A DNA stretch of 64,000 bases from contig OZ024741.1 in NCBI GenBank assembly GCA_964016885.1, forward strand, positions 299,770,001 to 299,834,000, given 5' to 3'. Position numbers and translations under genes: made by a program. Positions within the stretch are counted from its first letter, which is position 1. Each line of letters opens with the position of its first letter. Of the stretch, positions 25,641 through 39,413 are shown one piece after another. The notes beneath the pieces are model-generated. The model saw only the letters and a program-made list of their open reading frames with translations. It had not been told where the DNA came from and ran no database searches. This DNA is from Eledone cirrhosa. Its lineage: Eukaryota.

Positions 25641-26404
25641 AGATATATGTTAGTGAAGCCCTTCTTGTGTCTACTTATCACATCACCCATATGCACCTTT
25701 TCTCTCAATAAATGAAGAAAAGCAAACTGTAAGGAAAGAAATTCTGACAGAGGAGAGTATTTTATAATCTATCTCCTGTAGCACTATCTAGCAAAATACT
25801 ATCTCATGTGAGTTGGCATCAATATATGTCAGTTGATCTCAGTGCTCATCAAGGGGACTTTTACATGACCCCTGAGGCTTTTGAGAGAACAGTCAAATTC
25901 CTTTTCATTTCAGGCTTTTATATGAAGAATATGTTTGTTAATGGAGTTCCTGATACAAGACAAGGCTGGATCGTTAGGAGTGGAATGATTGATACCATAG
26001 CGTTCTTTCATCAATATTGATCTAGGGCTCAATAACTATAAGTTTACTTCAAACAAATGAGTGAAGGACTCGTTAGGAATGCTAGAAATAGCAGCCATAT
26101 TTGTTTCCTGTCAGAACCTAAAGTCATAAATTACAAATTGGAATATTGGATAATGTAGTATTATATATCGACAGAGAATATGGTTTCTCATGGAATGATT
26201 TCCAAGAGGTACATTAACAAAATCTGGCTTTATCACAACAATATCGAATGGATATCCATCTGCTTCCACGAATATTGCTCTAGCGTTCGGTGAAGAAAAC
26301 CGCCTGCACATGAAACTAAAATGTATGTGGCTGAGAAATTCCCAGACACATGAACACATTACGTAATTTTGAGTGAGAGTATGTGACCAGACTGACCCTA
26401 TGAA

Positions 26405-26577
26405 TATAACTGGGATTCACTATAGTTTCCGTCTACCCGATCCATTCAAATACCAAGGGAAGATCGGACGCTATGGTAAATGGCAGTTGCCTAAGACGTC
26501 ATGCAGGGACGTCACCAGATCGAACCCGGAAACTTATGATTACGACGTGAAATCCTTACCCATTTACCGAATCCCGA
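26405..26577 (-). mobile_element. Decayed tRNA-derived SINE
   Basis: Minus strand: GGTAAATGGGTAAGG, GGGTTCGATCTGG, TCTTAGGCAACTG, GGGTAGACGGAAACT. Confidence 0.55.
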
Positions 26578-29500
26578 TACAGCTGACATTAATTTAATAA
26601 CTTTCTGATAGAAAAAATCCTAAATAGCAGTCACATTATGTAATTCGTTTAACTAAATATACCCGGCTATATATTTATGAGGGGTTGTATTAATGTAGAA
26701 AATCAATACTACAAACCAATGATTGCGATGTGTAGATAGAAACAAACATGCTCCCGAGAAAATGCTTTGGGTTATTTATATTTGTTTTTCAACAACCTGT
26801 GTTCCATTCTTCTTTCTCATGTAAACGAATTAACATGAAGTGCAATGCAATCGATTATATGCATCTCAGCATGGCCAAGCCTTGAATGTATTTGATCATA
26901 TTTCTGCTCAATCAGAATGGATATGGAACTAAATAAGAAGAACAAGAGCAGCGGCAGCAGTAGCAGCAGCAACGAGAAACAGAAGAACAATAAAAACAAC
27001 AGCAACAATAACGTATGAAAACCGATTAGTATTCATGACTGAATTGAATTCTCTTTAGATCCATGCTGTAGTCTTTGTCATACAAAGGCATTCAAATTTT
27101 ATATAAATTAATAGGATTTTGCTTCCGTACAAATAGAAATTTTCGATACAAGAATCCATGCGATAAATATTGCCGCATAACTGGAATTTTCCTGCAAACG
27201 TAGTCTGAAGACCGATCAAAAATCACATTTGTAATGATAGTATCGCACTTCTCATCGCTAAATTTGTAATTAACTAAGGAAAGCATATAAGATTCACAAA
27301 CTGCCATTTTCCTTCCATCAACAACTTTTATCTGAGATTAGAAAGGTTGTCTTTTTACAAATCTGTAATCTAATACATATTTCTGATTCTGTGGATTTAA
27401 GAGATTGACGGATAGATTTCCTTTCAATAGAATACTTGGTTGTTGCAAATTAGCTTTATCTCATTTAAGCGGAAAATGAACTCATCAATGTAAACTAACA
27501 AAATATATAAATACATGTGAGTGCTATGATCTTGTGGCTAGGATATTTCTTCTAGTGCGGTGCCTAGGAGAGTGGATATTGTAGGTATCTAATATGTTGT
27601 AACAATTCGGACCGAGCATTTGTACTTTTCATACGTGTTTTGTTCATGTTCTGTTATCGTTTGTGTCCCGATTTTGGAATCAACGTACAATGTGCATATT
27701 GTGTATGTAATGGACATTCTACAGTGAGTGGTTTTAATATGTAACTATGTACTTAATGTGTTGAGGAAAAGTGTTTCCATAGCATCAGCATTATATAGCA
27801 TTATAATATCCCAAAATATATTTTTTGTTATATTTGTGTATCTGTTACCATTACTGCTCTTGAAGGTTTCGTGTGGGAAATATTTAACATTCGCATGTTG
27901 GTAATATTTTGTGCAGACACGGAAATCCGGGATGAATGGGGTGCTATTTTCATTTTTATTTCGTACTACCTCTTGTAATTTGTATTTGAATACAAATTTG
28001 AATGCACTGTTGAAATACTATGCTAGGGTTCTTTTTTTTTTTTTTTTCGATACGTCTAAATATTATGGTGAAGTGCATTTACATTTATATCAATCCTTTA
28101 TAAGATTCCTCCAAAATCATCGCTTGTAGATTTATTATGTATCCGATGATGCATCACGAAGTACACTGCCAGTTTATATTTGTTACATTGTATACTTAGA
28201 TCTGTTTTTCAAGCGTTGATAGTCTGTCTTTACGTATGTTATATTTTATTCAACGTTAATGTACCTGATGTATTCAATTGGTTACGGAACGGACAGTGTT
28301 ATGTCATGCAGAGTTGATTTTCAAAGATGCTACCTCGATGGCCCGATGACGAATTAAGTATAAAGACACCCCCACCCAATATATATATATATGTGTTTGT
28401 GTGTATGCGTGTGTGTGTGTGAGTGTAGTGGGTAGATTTTCTTGGTGAAATGTGTAGGCAGTTATAGATATGTGAATACTTTATACAAGTGGTTGTTTCA
28501 TTTACAACAGCTGTTTGGATGTGACTTCTAACTCTTTATTCGGGAGAGTATTACCTCCTACTTATGGAGAGTATTACCTGCTACTTATTACCTCCTAATT
28601 AGGAATCTAATCGTATTGGTGATAGAATAATAGAAATTCGAAAGGAATATGGAAACTTGTATATAATATGTCTGTTGATGATAAACTTTTACTCAATACA
28701 TGAACAATTGAATCTGTTTTTTATTTCAGTACATAAGTGCAATATTGTAAAAAAGTAATTTGATTTCATTATATTCATGACAGCCGGATATTACACTTTT
28801 GGATGTATTCGTTTTATGTCATTCCATAAGTATATTCGCAGTGGTGAAATAAGTATTTCTTTATACATACAATTACGGTGGTCTGTATTTTGATCATGAT
28901 TAAAACCAGTCCTTATAATGAATCTATCATACGTTTTCTGGCGTTTTACTATGAAAATATATGCAAATTGTTTATTTTAAACAGGAATCAGGAGAAAAAA
29001 AAAAAGTAAATTTTACAAATGATAATCTTTTGAATTCCCGGCGTATTATATTACAAAATAACATATAGATATTTCAGTACACTTGACAGATTTCTTCCAT
29101 TAACGAAATGTTTTGTTGGAAACGTTTATAGTTATCTTAGTTCTTCTCTTTCTAATGATTTTCTAGAATTGCTACGAAAGGCATGTGGAAATTGCATTTT
29201 TTGTCTACTTTCCGTACATTTACATAAATTTAAAATATTCCATATACCCAATAAAATATTTCCAAACTACTGTTATTGTATACGTTTTATTTGCAAATAT
29301 AACTATTAAGGAGTTGGGTAACTTTGAAAAAGAAACAAGGAAACATTGAATAATGTTTCGGTACGAATGATTAACATTAAATACCACCATAAGTAGGTGA
29401 TAATGTTGTCACTTTAAACAGTATTTACAATTTGAAAATATAAATCAATGTTTTGGAGATATTCTTGAAAATGAAAACAAAACCAGCTAATAATGCTTAA

Positions 29501-29699
29501 AATATGTTCCGATACATATAAATGAGATATATTAGTCTCTTATTTTTTTGCAACACACCTGGGAGATGTTGCTTCATGAAACCGTGGACAGATTCGCAAA
29601 TGAGTCATTTCGGATGATAGTTGGATGCGCTGAAAAAGGCATTTCAGCTAGTTAGTTATGTCATAATTGCGAAGAGAAGGTTGTTCGAGAAGCAAAGGC

Positions 29700-30100
29700 A
29701 TTTTCAGTGCTATGTGATCAGTGATAAAGTCATGTAAGGGCAACCAGTACGTTGTTGGATTGCAATTTTTAAATTGTCGAGTTAATTGTATTTTGAGAAA
29801 ATATTTCTGATGGTCGTATCCTGGATGGTGGCCTTATTGGCGCAGAACAGGTTTATTATGTTGCCCTCTAGAGAGAGTTGAACAGATAGGTCTGCGGATT
29901 AAATGCCAACTTAGATTAAGCTATTGTAAGTAACTTATATGTTCAGATTGTGTTAAATTTAGCAATATTGTGGAGAACCTCGATGATAGTGAGGTGCCAG
30001 AGGTTCATTGCTGAAAGGAATTCAGTGCTAACCTAAAGACCGAATGCCAATGCCAAGTAAGAAGAGGCCCTGGTGCAAATCAGTATCATGAAACTAGGAC
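29700..30100 (-). mobile_element. Old LINE AP-endonuclease remnant (CR1/Jockey-like)
   Basis: Minus translation LEGNIINLFCANKATIQDTTIRNIFSKYN resembles the APE C-terminal N.LDL.F.N....SDH.L pattern; heavily decayed, ends approximate. Confidence 0.35.
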
Positions 30101-31299
30101 TTACGTATCTTATTTACACTGAATAACTATATAGAATTCAATGGGTCAAAGTGTCTGGCCCAAGAAAGAGGTGGTGTGAAATCTATATGGCAGCTTATAT
30201 GTAATGAAGCAATTTTTTAACAAGAAGCGAACCGGATTCGCGTCAACCCGTCTTAGTTTGGCTCACAGTCGTTTCTAGCTTGTAAATCATATATCTAAAG
30301 GTCAATTGGAGAGTAGAGTGGATGAGAGATTTGTGAACTGAGAATTAGGCCTGTTTTAGGTGGAGGCCACAATAGCCTCTGTATCCTAAATGGCACCGAT
30401 GGCTTCGTAGCCACGTGATTATTTTTTTTAAATTCGCGCTAATACATTTAATTGAATGCCAGTATTAAAAATCCACTTCGTAACATATTGTTCATGCAGT
30501 TATTATCTTTGCTTTGAGTTTCTGTCGAATTAATAATCTAACAAGATTTGTATCATTGAAACTTATCTGCGGTTCAGCTGGAAAAAGATGGAAAGATTGC
30601 TACATTATATTTATAACTAATATTCAACATACCTTTATGTTCAATATATGTTTAAACCATGTTTTTTTTTAACGCACGAGTGGAGTATAATAGCATTTAG
30701 TTGCTCACAAAAGAACTCATTTGTTGGAGCTGCAGCTTTTATTAAGATATCATATCCATCAGATATGCCGTCGAAAATATAACGAGTATCTGAAATGTAT
30801 TATAATCACATTGGATTTCATGGATTATATTCATACAAAATACAAAAAACCTTTCCATGATGATTGACGAAAATTGTGTTCATTTATTTACAAGAAATAT
30901 AATATGTCATATTGCAACGAGCTACCGGCCATATCTTACAAACACCAAAGCACTCATGTTTATTCTTGTACTATATATAATTTCCTGCGACCAAATGTAT
31001 ATGTAATTCTGATTTTGTGTTTTTCTTCACAAAATATCTGAATCATCGTTCCTAAAATTATACGCTTTCACTTTTTAAAAATGGTCTCTCTTCCACGCCA
31101 ATTAACAACATATTTGAACGTCAATAAAAATACAAGGCTATATATATTATTACATTAGCGTTATATTAGAAATAATTAGTATATTATTAACAATTACAAT
31201 GGTATTCAATATTTTATATTTATTTCGAGTAATTTGATTACCTGTTATTTCCTGCACTGAAATATACGCCCATACCAACACTGCCTCTACATCTATCTA

Positions 31300-31500
<201 letters not shown>

Positions 31501-32100
31501 CCATCTATTTAAATCTCTATTTATCTCACATACATAAGCATAACTGTAGAATATTCTATTATATAAGCGAACCAAGTAGCTCCAATCCAACAATAAACAA
31601 TAATTCAGATCGATACCGTCCATCCATATATATCTGACATAAGCTTCCGGATACATACCACACACATTAGACATACATTTAAAAAGAAACGTTAATCACC
31701 ACAATCAAAATTACACCCAAAATATACATCTGCATGAAAATAACCAAACCTTTACTGGACCGTCATATTACGTGATTTTTGAATATCAGCAGTGCTCATT
31801 CCTCCGTAATGTAATCAGATTCACCCTCAGTTAACCAATTCCAACCATATATAAAAACAATGGATCAAAAATAAATTACGATGTGCTGACTGGACACATT
31901 TATATTAGAAGAGCACTAATCTAACACCAAACTATCTTAATGAAACTAACAAAACAAATTCCCAAACGTATATATATACAGACAGAAATTACATAATCAT
32001 ATTTATTATCACACGTGATGTCATCAAATGTTAATACAATATGTCGGTGGATCTAAATTTTGTTGGCTAACTTGGCCATCTTTGCGACAGTTTGGAGAAC

Positions 32101-32137
<37 letters not shown>

Positions 32138-32203
32138 TGCGAGTATATGAATATGGATATATATGTATATATGAATATATATATTTGTATGCATGAATAT
32201 ATA

Positions 32204-33255
32204 TATATATAAAATTGCAAGTTTGTAGAATTATTAGATAAAATATATCCAGTCTTTCCTTCCCCTAGTCCGCAGAAATCAACAATATAAATAATCATTT
32301 AAACGAGGCTATAAGTTTAAAATGTAACCATGAAGAAATAATAGACAAATGATACAGACTATCTTCCGCGAGGAACAGTCAGATAAAATTTATCTAGCTC
32401 TGATTAATAATTATTTACTTACCGTAATTAATTTTTTTTCATTGAGCCACCCCGTGAAAGGTGGCCACACTCATATATGTATCTGTGACTATGTCTAAAT
32501 ATATATGTCTAAATATATACATATATCCCTATGAATTTAATATATACTCCCGTACGGTAGAGTAACACTTTAGGCCGTATCTGGCTGCACTCTCTAGCAG
32601 CCAGCCTACTCGCCGCCTGGCCACCATTCACAACCTTCTATCTTGACCACTAGCCATGTGATGATTCTTAGCCATTTTTTAATTCACTGGTGGTGATCAC
32701 TGTAGAAATGTTAGTCCAGACTTGAGGAGTCTCTTGATGAGCTCGTAGCCTCATGGATAATTCCAGGATCGGATATATCCACAAAGAACGAGCGACACTG
32801 TTGACAGTCGGGACTAAAGGAATTTTGGTAAAGTTTATATGCATTTTTCTTGTAACTTATATTTTAGACCTAGCTTTGTTTAATTGATTATTTGTCTAGT
32901 TAATTTCTACGGGCTAAAAGGAATGACTAGATAAATTTTACCTCACTCTTCTTCGCGGAAAATAGTCTGTATCATTTGTCTATTATTTCTTCATATTTAC
33001 ATTTTAAACTTATAGCCTCGTTTAAATGATTATTTATCTGGCAGATGTCTGCAGACTAGGGAGAGGAAAGACTGGATATATTTTATTTAATAATTCTTCA
33101 AACTTGCAATTTTATATATAGCTCTGATTAATAATTATTTGCTTAATTGAATATTTTCATTGAGCCACACAGTTAAAGGTGGCCACACTCATATATGTAT
33201 CTGTGACTATGTCTAAATATATGTCTAAATACATACATATATCCCTATGAATTTA

Positions 33256-33263
<8 letters not shown>
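32204..33263 (+). mobile_element. Non-coding 724-bp unit, partial tandem with 5' inversion and decayed HHR, in (TA)n
   Basis: 32395-32546 repeats at 33119-33263 (offset 724); 32204-32397 is the reverse complement of 32927-33120. Confidence 0.8.
32728..32815 (+). ncRNA. Degenerate type I hammerhead ribozyme
   Basis: AGTCTC TTGATGA GCTCGT ... ACGAGC GACA CTGT TG ACAG TC GGGACT: all three stems pair and the site is GUC, but the core has C3U and A14C. Confidence 0.7.
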
Positions 33264-33351
<88 letters not shown>

Positions 33352-33510
33352 GACACATACATTGCGCGCGCTCCTGAGTATTTGTGTGTGTGTGTGAAGA
33401 TCCACATTTGTTCTCGGTAGGGCGAACTAACTGTGGTGAACTACTTCTACCAAACTCGTACCATGGACTGAGTGCTCTACTACTTCAGTTATAACACTCC
33501 AGTGTTCTAC

Positions 33511-33541
<31 letters not shown>

Positions 33542-36500
33542 ACGCATATATATTTATGCATACCTATTGGTGTCCTATGTTAAAAAACCATGCTTTAGTA
33601 TAGATGCATATAACAAGACATATTTTTAAACAATTCTCTTCTCATTAGTTTAGTACTATTTGATATATGTATAATTTATACGTTGAAATTACAGATAATT
33701 AATATATCTTGCAACACTTCTTTCCCAAAAGAAATTCTCATTATTTCACGTCTATATCAAATCTCCCCATTGAAATTTTGAGTTATTTGTGCAAACCTCA
33801 AAACAACAGGCACCTAATTATATTACCATTTCACTATTTTTTTTTTCTTCTGGTGAGGCAAAATACATAGTGCTGGTGGGGGAGGGGGCGTTTCAGACAT
33901 ATTTCTACTCAATCTTTATGTATAATTTCGCAGACACAGTGTATGCAATTGTAAACCTAATTTCAGTGTTGTAGAAATACATATTCTTACATTTTCCAAT
34001 ATAAGAGTTTATGCAATATCTATCCTGAATGTAATTTGTCAGATTTCCTTCAATTTCAATATAAATATTAGGGTTTTTTTTATTTGTTTGTTATTATATG
34101 TATGAAGGCCTTGTTATTGGCAGAATTCGTACAGCCTCGGGCAAATTGATTTTAGGGTAAGTAGTTATGAATGTTACATCCTCTCGTAGTCAACTTTGTT
34201 TTCGCCCTTCGGCGGTCGACAAAATAAGGCATAAGTAGAGTAATACATTGCTTTCATAGTATTTTCTTCTGCCAATTTGCTGCCATTGTACCAATGTTTG
34301 AAAGAATGATATGTATCATCAGGTTTTACTAGATACTGCTCTAATTAGTATAACAGGTTATATGTTCAGGTGGATCGTTATTATATCCGTCAACTCCGAC
34401 AAGTTTATTTGGTAGTGAATCCATCGCTCACTCATACATACAGAGGAGATGGGCGCTATATTTTTCTAGCCCTGTGTGAGTCATTTCTATAACTATAATT
34501 TATATATATATAAATGATATTTGCTGTTATTACTACAGCCTTTCTCAAAGCTGTCACGTTCAACAATTTCTTCAGCATATTCGACTTGTAATGTAGATAT
34601 TTCTTTGTCCAAAGGCCAAATTTTATCACTTCCACGTACACATATTTCAGATTATATTTTTAAAACAGAATATCAAGATGTTAATGGAGATCTTATTTTT
34701 TTTCTATCGGAATTCGATTTTAAGTTGTGGAATGGTTTCCTATGCTGAATGAGGATGGAGTATTGATATATTGTATAAAGCGCCAAACAAATTGACTTAA
34801 GCTAATAGGTGTGTTACGTTAGATCCGTAATTGGAATCCTGCCACGAATGACCAAATAGTTCCAGTCATGTACAGACAACTACGAACTCCACTGTTCACA
34901 GCATAGATATGTGAGGCCTTGTGTCAATATTATAAATCAATATTTTCTATTCAGTTTCGAATATCTCCTCATGACTCTTAAAAATACATATGGCATATGC
35001 TTGTTATTCTATTATTTCTGGAATATTTCAATATGTTTTAATTAACATATTTTAGTGTTACATTTCATGTGCTATTAAGTTTTATATTTCAGGTATATAA
35101 CACAGACACGGCGAATTTAAATTAGATATAATATACAGAATTTTAGGTTTGAAATGTAAAACGGACGTGCGAAACCTGTGTAACAAAATCTAAATATGTA
35201 TGCTAAAAGATTTATCTAATCGGAAATTTCAAACCCAATTGCATTTCATGCTTTCGAGCTAATATATGTACACACATATGTGAGATGATACGTTGTTTAA
35301 CAGCTAACAGAATGTCAACATCGTGAATGAAAATGTTCAGTAATCCACTGACGTATATAGATTAAACAAAGAAATGTGAGATCAGCAATTTCAATTTAAC
35401 TCATTTTCTTACTCTGGTCGTCTTTTGTAACTTCTGCAAATACATGTGGAAGGCGGATATCTAATAAAGCAAATAAAAACTGAAAACTAGTGTCAAATGC
35501 ATAGACACAAATGTGAAATACAATGGAAAGGCACAAATCAAAACGTTTGAAAGAAATAACATTTATCAGTAAGTTTCGGTGATCCACAGAAATTACAGAA
35601 GCCACAAAATAAATTTTAAATTAATATGAGGTTCTAAAATAAAGATAAGGCTGAACCAGAATATGCAATTGTAAAGAAATATATAACGGTAGAAATAAAC
35701 AGACGTTGCAGCAAGCGTATGTGTGCTGATTATGTGGCAGAATAGAAGAAACTATCAACCGTATATAGCTTTTGATATATAGCCCAATGGCAAAAACAAA
35801 TGTAAATGGAATATACAAGAAGACATTACGTGATGTGGAAATGGAGCACAGAGGAAATAAATTCAAGAGGAATAAAACACCAATACAAACCAGACGCTAT
35901 TGAGAATACATTTTCCGAGAACGTGTACTATATCTCGCTGCAAATATGTACAGAATCACAGTGAGCAATCAACGTCATAAAAGAGAAGAATGTATGTAAG
36001 TTTATAAAGTTGTTATGCCGTACGATAACAGAATCAAATCAAAATGAAAATAATTCACTAAATCCTTTAAAAACATGTAAACCAGCACTTAACATAAAAT
36101 AGCTGGTCCGAATAATGTAGTAACTTGTCAGTCTTGCATCTATTCTTGAAGAATACTTGAAAAAACACTTTGAGCTTAGAAGACGATCTTTCAATAGTTC
36201 GCCAGACATTTGCATTGACATACTAAACGTGAAATGTAATAATGAAATTGCTATTATTGTAATATTAAATGCGTAAATGACAATTTAAATAATACTTCAA
36301 ACACAGTGAGTAAATATGGAGTAAAAGTGTACATTATCAAGATGTCCAATGAATAACAAAGGGGAGAGATGAAAAGCTCACAATAATTACACAAGCGTGA
36401 CTACTGAAAAATTTGTCAATAAAACGAATGACTCCTAGCAACTAGCAGTCTCCTTGTATTAACAAAATACGCACGGTTAAGGTTTGTAATTAGTAGACAA

Positions 36501-37085
36501 AAAGCACCACCCTTTAGATTTCAACAAAATTCTAAAATATCCAGAGTAAATATTGGACAGTTTAATAAAAAAAATTCAATATAAGAAACGAACAAGCAAA
36601 ACGTTCAAAAATTATTCAACCAGCGAAAACAAATCAAACAAAGCATAAAGCATAGACCTCCTTTGACCTAGCATTGTTTACAGAATGTGTATATAAAACC
36701 AAAATATCTATAAATTCAAGCCGTCTGTTTGATCTATAAAAGTGTAATAATTTCCTGTCCTGTTGAAAGAAGTATTTCAGATTCCAAGAACAACTATTGA
36801 TAAACAGAACTGATAATGTAAATGGCACGACAAGTATAAAGTATAGCATAAATTTATAACAGAAAAAAAAATCATTCAATAGCATTCTAAACACTTGGCT
36901 ATTAGAGATATTGTACTTTAAAAAACATTTCCAATACGTTAAAAATATTTATGTCTATTAATCCCATCTTTGCAAATGAAAGATTAAATATACTTACATC
37001 TGCTCAGAGTTTCAATAGGTTTTATTTAATATCTATTATTTCTATTATTCCCGAGGGTGTAGAGAGTATCAGAATATTGGAATGC

Positions 37086-37178
37086 ATGTATGTATGTATG
37101 TATGTATGTATGTATGTATGTATGTATGTATGTATGTATGTATGTATGTATGTATGTATGTATGTATGTATGTATGTA

Positions 37179-37213
<35 letters not shown>

Positions 37214-37277
37214 ATGTATGTATGTATGTATGTATGTATGTATGTATGTATGTATGTATGTGTGTATGTATGTATGT
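37086..37277. repeat. (ATGT)n microsatellite
   Basis: Directly visible; abuts the 3' end of an RLE retrotransposon. Confidence 0.95.
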
Positions 37278-38734
37278 TCTTCTGGTTTTATAATTTCACA
37301 AAGTTTTACCAATAGAGAGAGAGTCGGTTTCTAACATAAACACAAGACTCTCTCATTGGAATTTACACAACATCAACTAGGTAGATATGTATGTATGCAT
37401 GCATGTGTAGATATGGATGTTATTGTATGTGTGGATGTGTATGTTTTGAGTTGTATGTGTGCATGTGTATATGCTTTGTATCTGTACATGTGTATATGCA
37501 GTTATTAGATGCAACATTTTTAGAATGTTTTACATATTTTTACTGTTCCATTAATGTATTGTACTTGTAGTTTCCTAACTAGTTGTGTTCTTTCTGTTCC
37601 TGTGAAGCCTAGCTTCTCAAGATTTGTATTGAGGCAGTTACTAACATATCCCAGTGCCCCAATAATCACAGGCATAAATCTGAAGGTGTAATCAGGGTGG
37701 AGTATCTGCAGATTTCTCTTCAGTTCTGCATAAATATTCTCCTTTTCACTAATCTTTGATATTATATTGGCATCTGCTGTGCAGCTAATTTCCACTTCTG
37801 TGCATGTTTTCTTCTCCCTGTCCGATATCATAATATCTGGTCTGTTATGCCTGCATTTTATTGGGGTTTTTACTGGAACATTCCACCAGTACTCTTTCAG
37901 ATTATGTACATGGATGTCTTCCACATTGTTGTAGCTTTTAATGTGTTTATTATCGGGGCTATCGTTTTTACGAACTGCATTGTACAGTGTTTTGGCCACT
38001 AAATCATGCCTCATAGGTAGATAGTACCGCGATGACATCTTTGGGCAGCTGCTGATGACATGGGTGATATCCTCGATGTTATTTCTGCAGAGCCTGCACT
38101 TGTTATCACATCTAGGTGTTTTGCCTGCATCCCTATCTCTTTTGTGAATCAGGTATTTCGTGCTAATCTCCTGTTCTTGGATTGCAAAAGCGTATCCTTC
38201 AAGTGGGAGCCAATATAGCGGTTCTTGGTCCAAGATAGACTACTTTCCTTATCTATATTACTCTCACTCTGGAGCTTCCTGGCAACATATCCATGCATGA
38301 TTTTTTGCTGATAGGCATGCAGTTTTTCATCCATGGATTCACTGCGATACTGTTTTTGATTATCACACAGGGAATATCTCTCAAGGAGTTCCTTCCCAAC
38401 TCTCATGATCTCATCTGTTTCATGCAGATAGACTTGCTCGAGAAGCGGGCTCCTACGCTTCAAGATTCGTAGATGTTGTCGGAGAGATATGATGCGACAT
38501 TCAAATGTTGTCTGGACTGATGTTAGGCCTCTGCCTCCCTGCTTACCTTTCAAGTAAAGGCGGTCTATGTCACTGTTGATGTGGAAGTTTCCGGTGTTAT
38601 TCAGTATTTTTCGAGTTCCAACATCAACTGCTCGGATTTCGTGTATTGTCCAATTGAGTATTCCAAACGTTGGTGTTAAGACAGGCACAGCAAACACATT
38701 GTGAGCCACTGTTTTGTTTTGCGCAGAGAGTTCC
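37278..38734 (-). mobile_element. 5'-truncated R4/Dong-like non-LTR retrotransposon (RT thumb + CCHC + RLE)
   Basis: DRLYLKGKQGGRGL, MHGY, EGYAFAIQEQEISTKY, CRLC..HVISSC, RHD, HNRPDI..VEISC..KENIY; bounded by (ATGT)n on both sides. Confidence 0.88.
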
Positions 38735-38814
38735 GTATGTATGTATGTATGTATGTATGTATGTATGTATGTATGTATGTATGTATGTATGTATGTATGT
38801 ATGTATGTATGTAT

Positions 38815-39385
38815 CCCAGTACAACCTGTCTCATGGTCGGGTCGTTGGCGACTAAACTGGCAACCCCACCAAGGTTTCTTGGTGAGGAGGGTGACTTTGG
38901 ACATCCTGCAGGACTAAAAACAAGACCTGTCAAAGGGCAAAGGAGCTCTTAAGAGTCAATGGCCATCCAAAATCACAGGGAGAGATGACCCCTTAGCCTT
39001 TGTCAAGGCAGAATTCTAGGAGAAGGAAAACTCTGATATAATACCTGCAACCCTGATGGTATCCAATGATGTTGACTTGTTCTTCTTTTTGGTAAATATC
39101 ATCTTGGTTAAGAGAGTGGGACTGGCTTTGTGCAGTGCCTTTGCTCACTATAAAAGCTTCACGGCACAGGCATTGCTTTATATCTGGAGATATCTCTGCA
39201 CTTGTCATCACATGTACCATGGGCCCAGCACTATATGTCAATAATGGTCACAAGTGGGGTGTTTGTGCCAGATTTTTCAAGTCGCTGGCTGGACTAAAAA
39301 GTCACACTCGTTCAGCGCATCGGTAGGGGTTCTCCTACATGGATATAAAGTAGTGGCCGTACTCGAAAACGAGTTGGCAGCCACC
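38815..39385 (+). mobile_element. Internally deleted RTE-like derivative (5' UTR + 3' end) between (ATGT)n tracts
   Basis: CTAGGAGAAGGAAAACTCTGAT motif recalled from RTE/BovB-related 5' regions; terminal zinc-finger remnant HKWGVCARFFKSLAGLKSHTRSAHR*; short 3' UTR then (ATGT)n. Confidence 0.55.
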
Positions 39386-39413
39386 ATGTATGTATGTATA
39401 TATGTATGTATGT

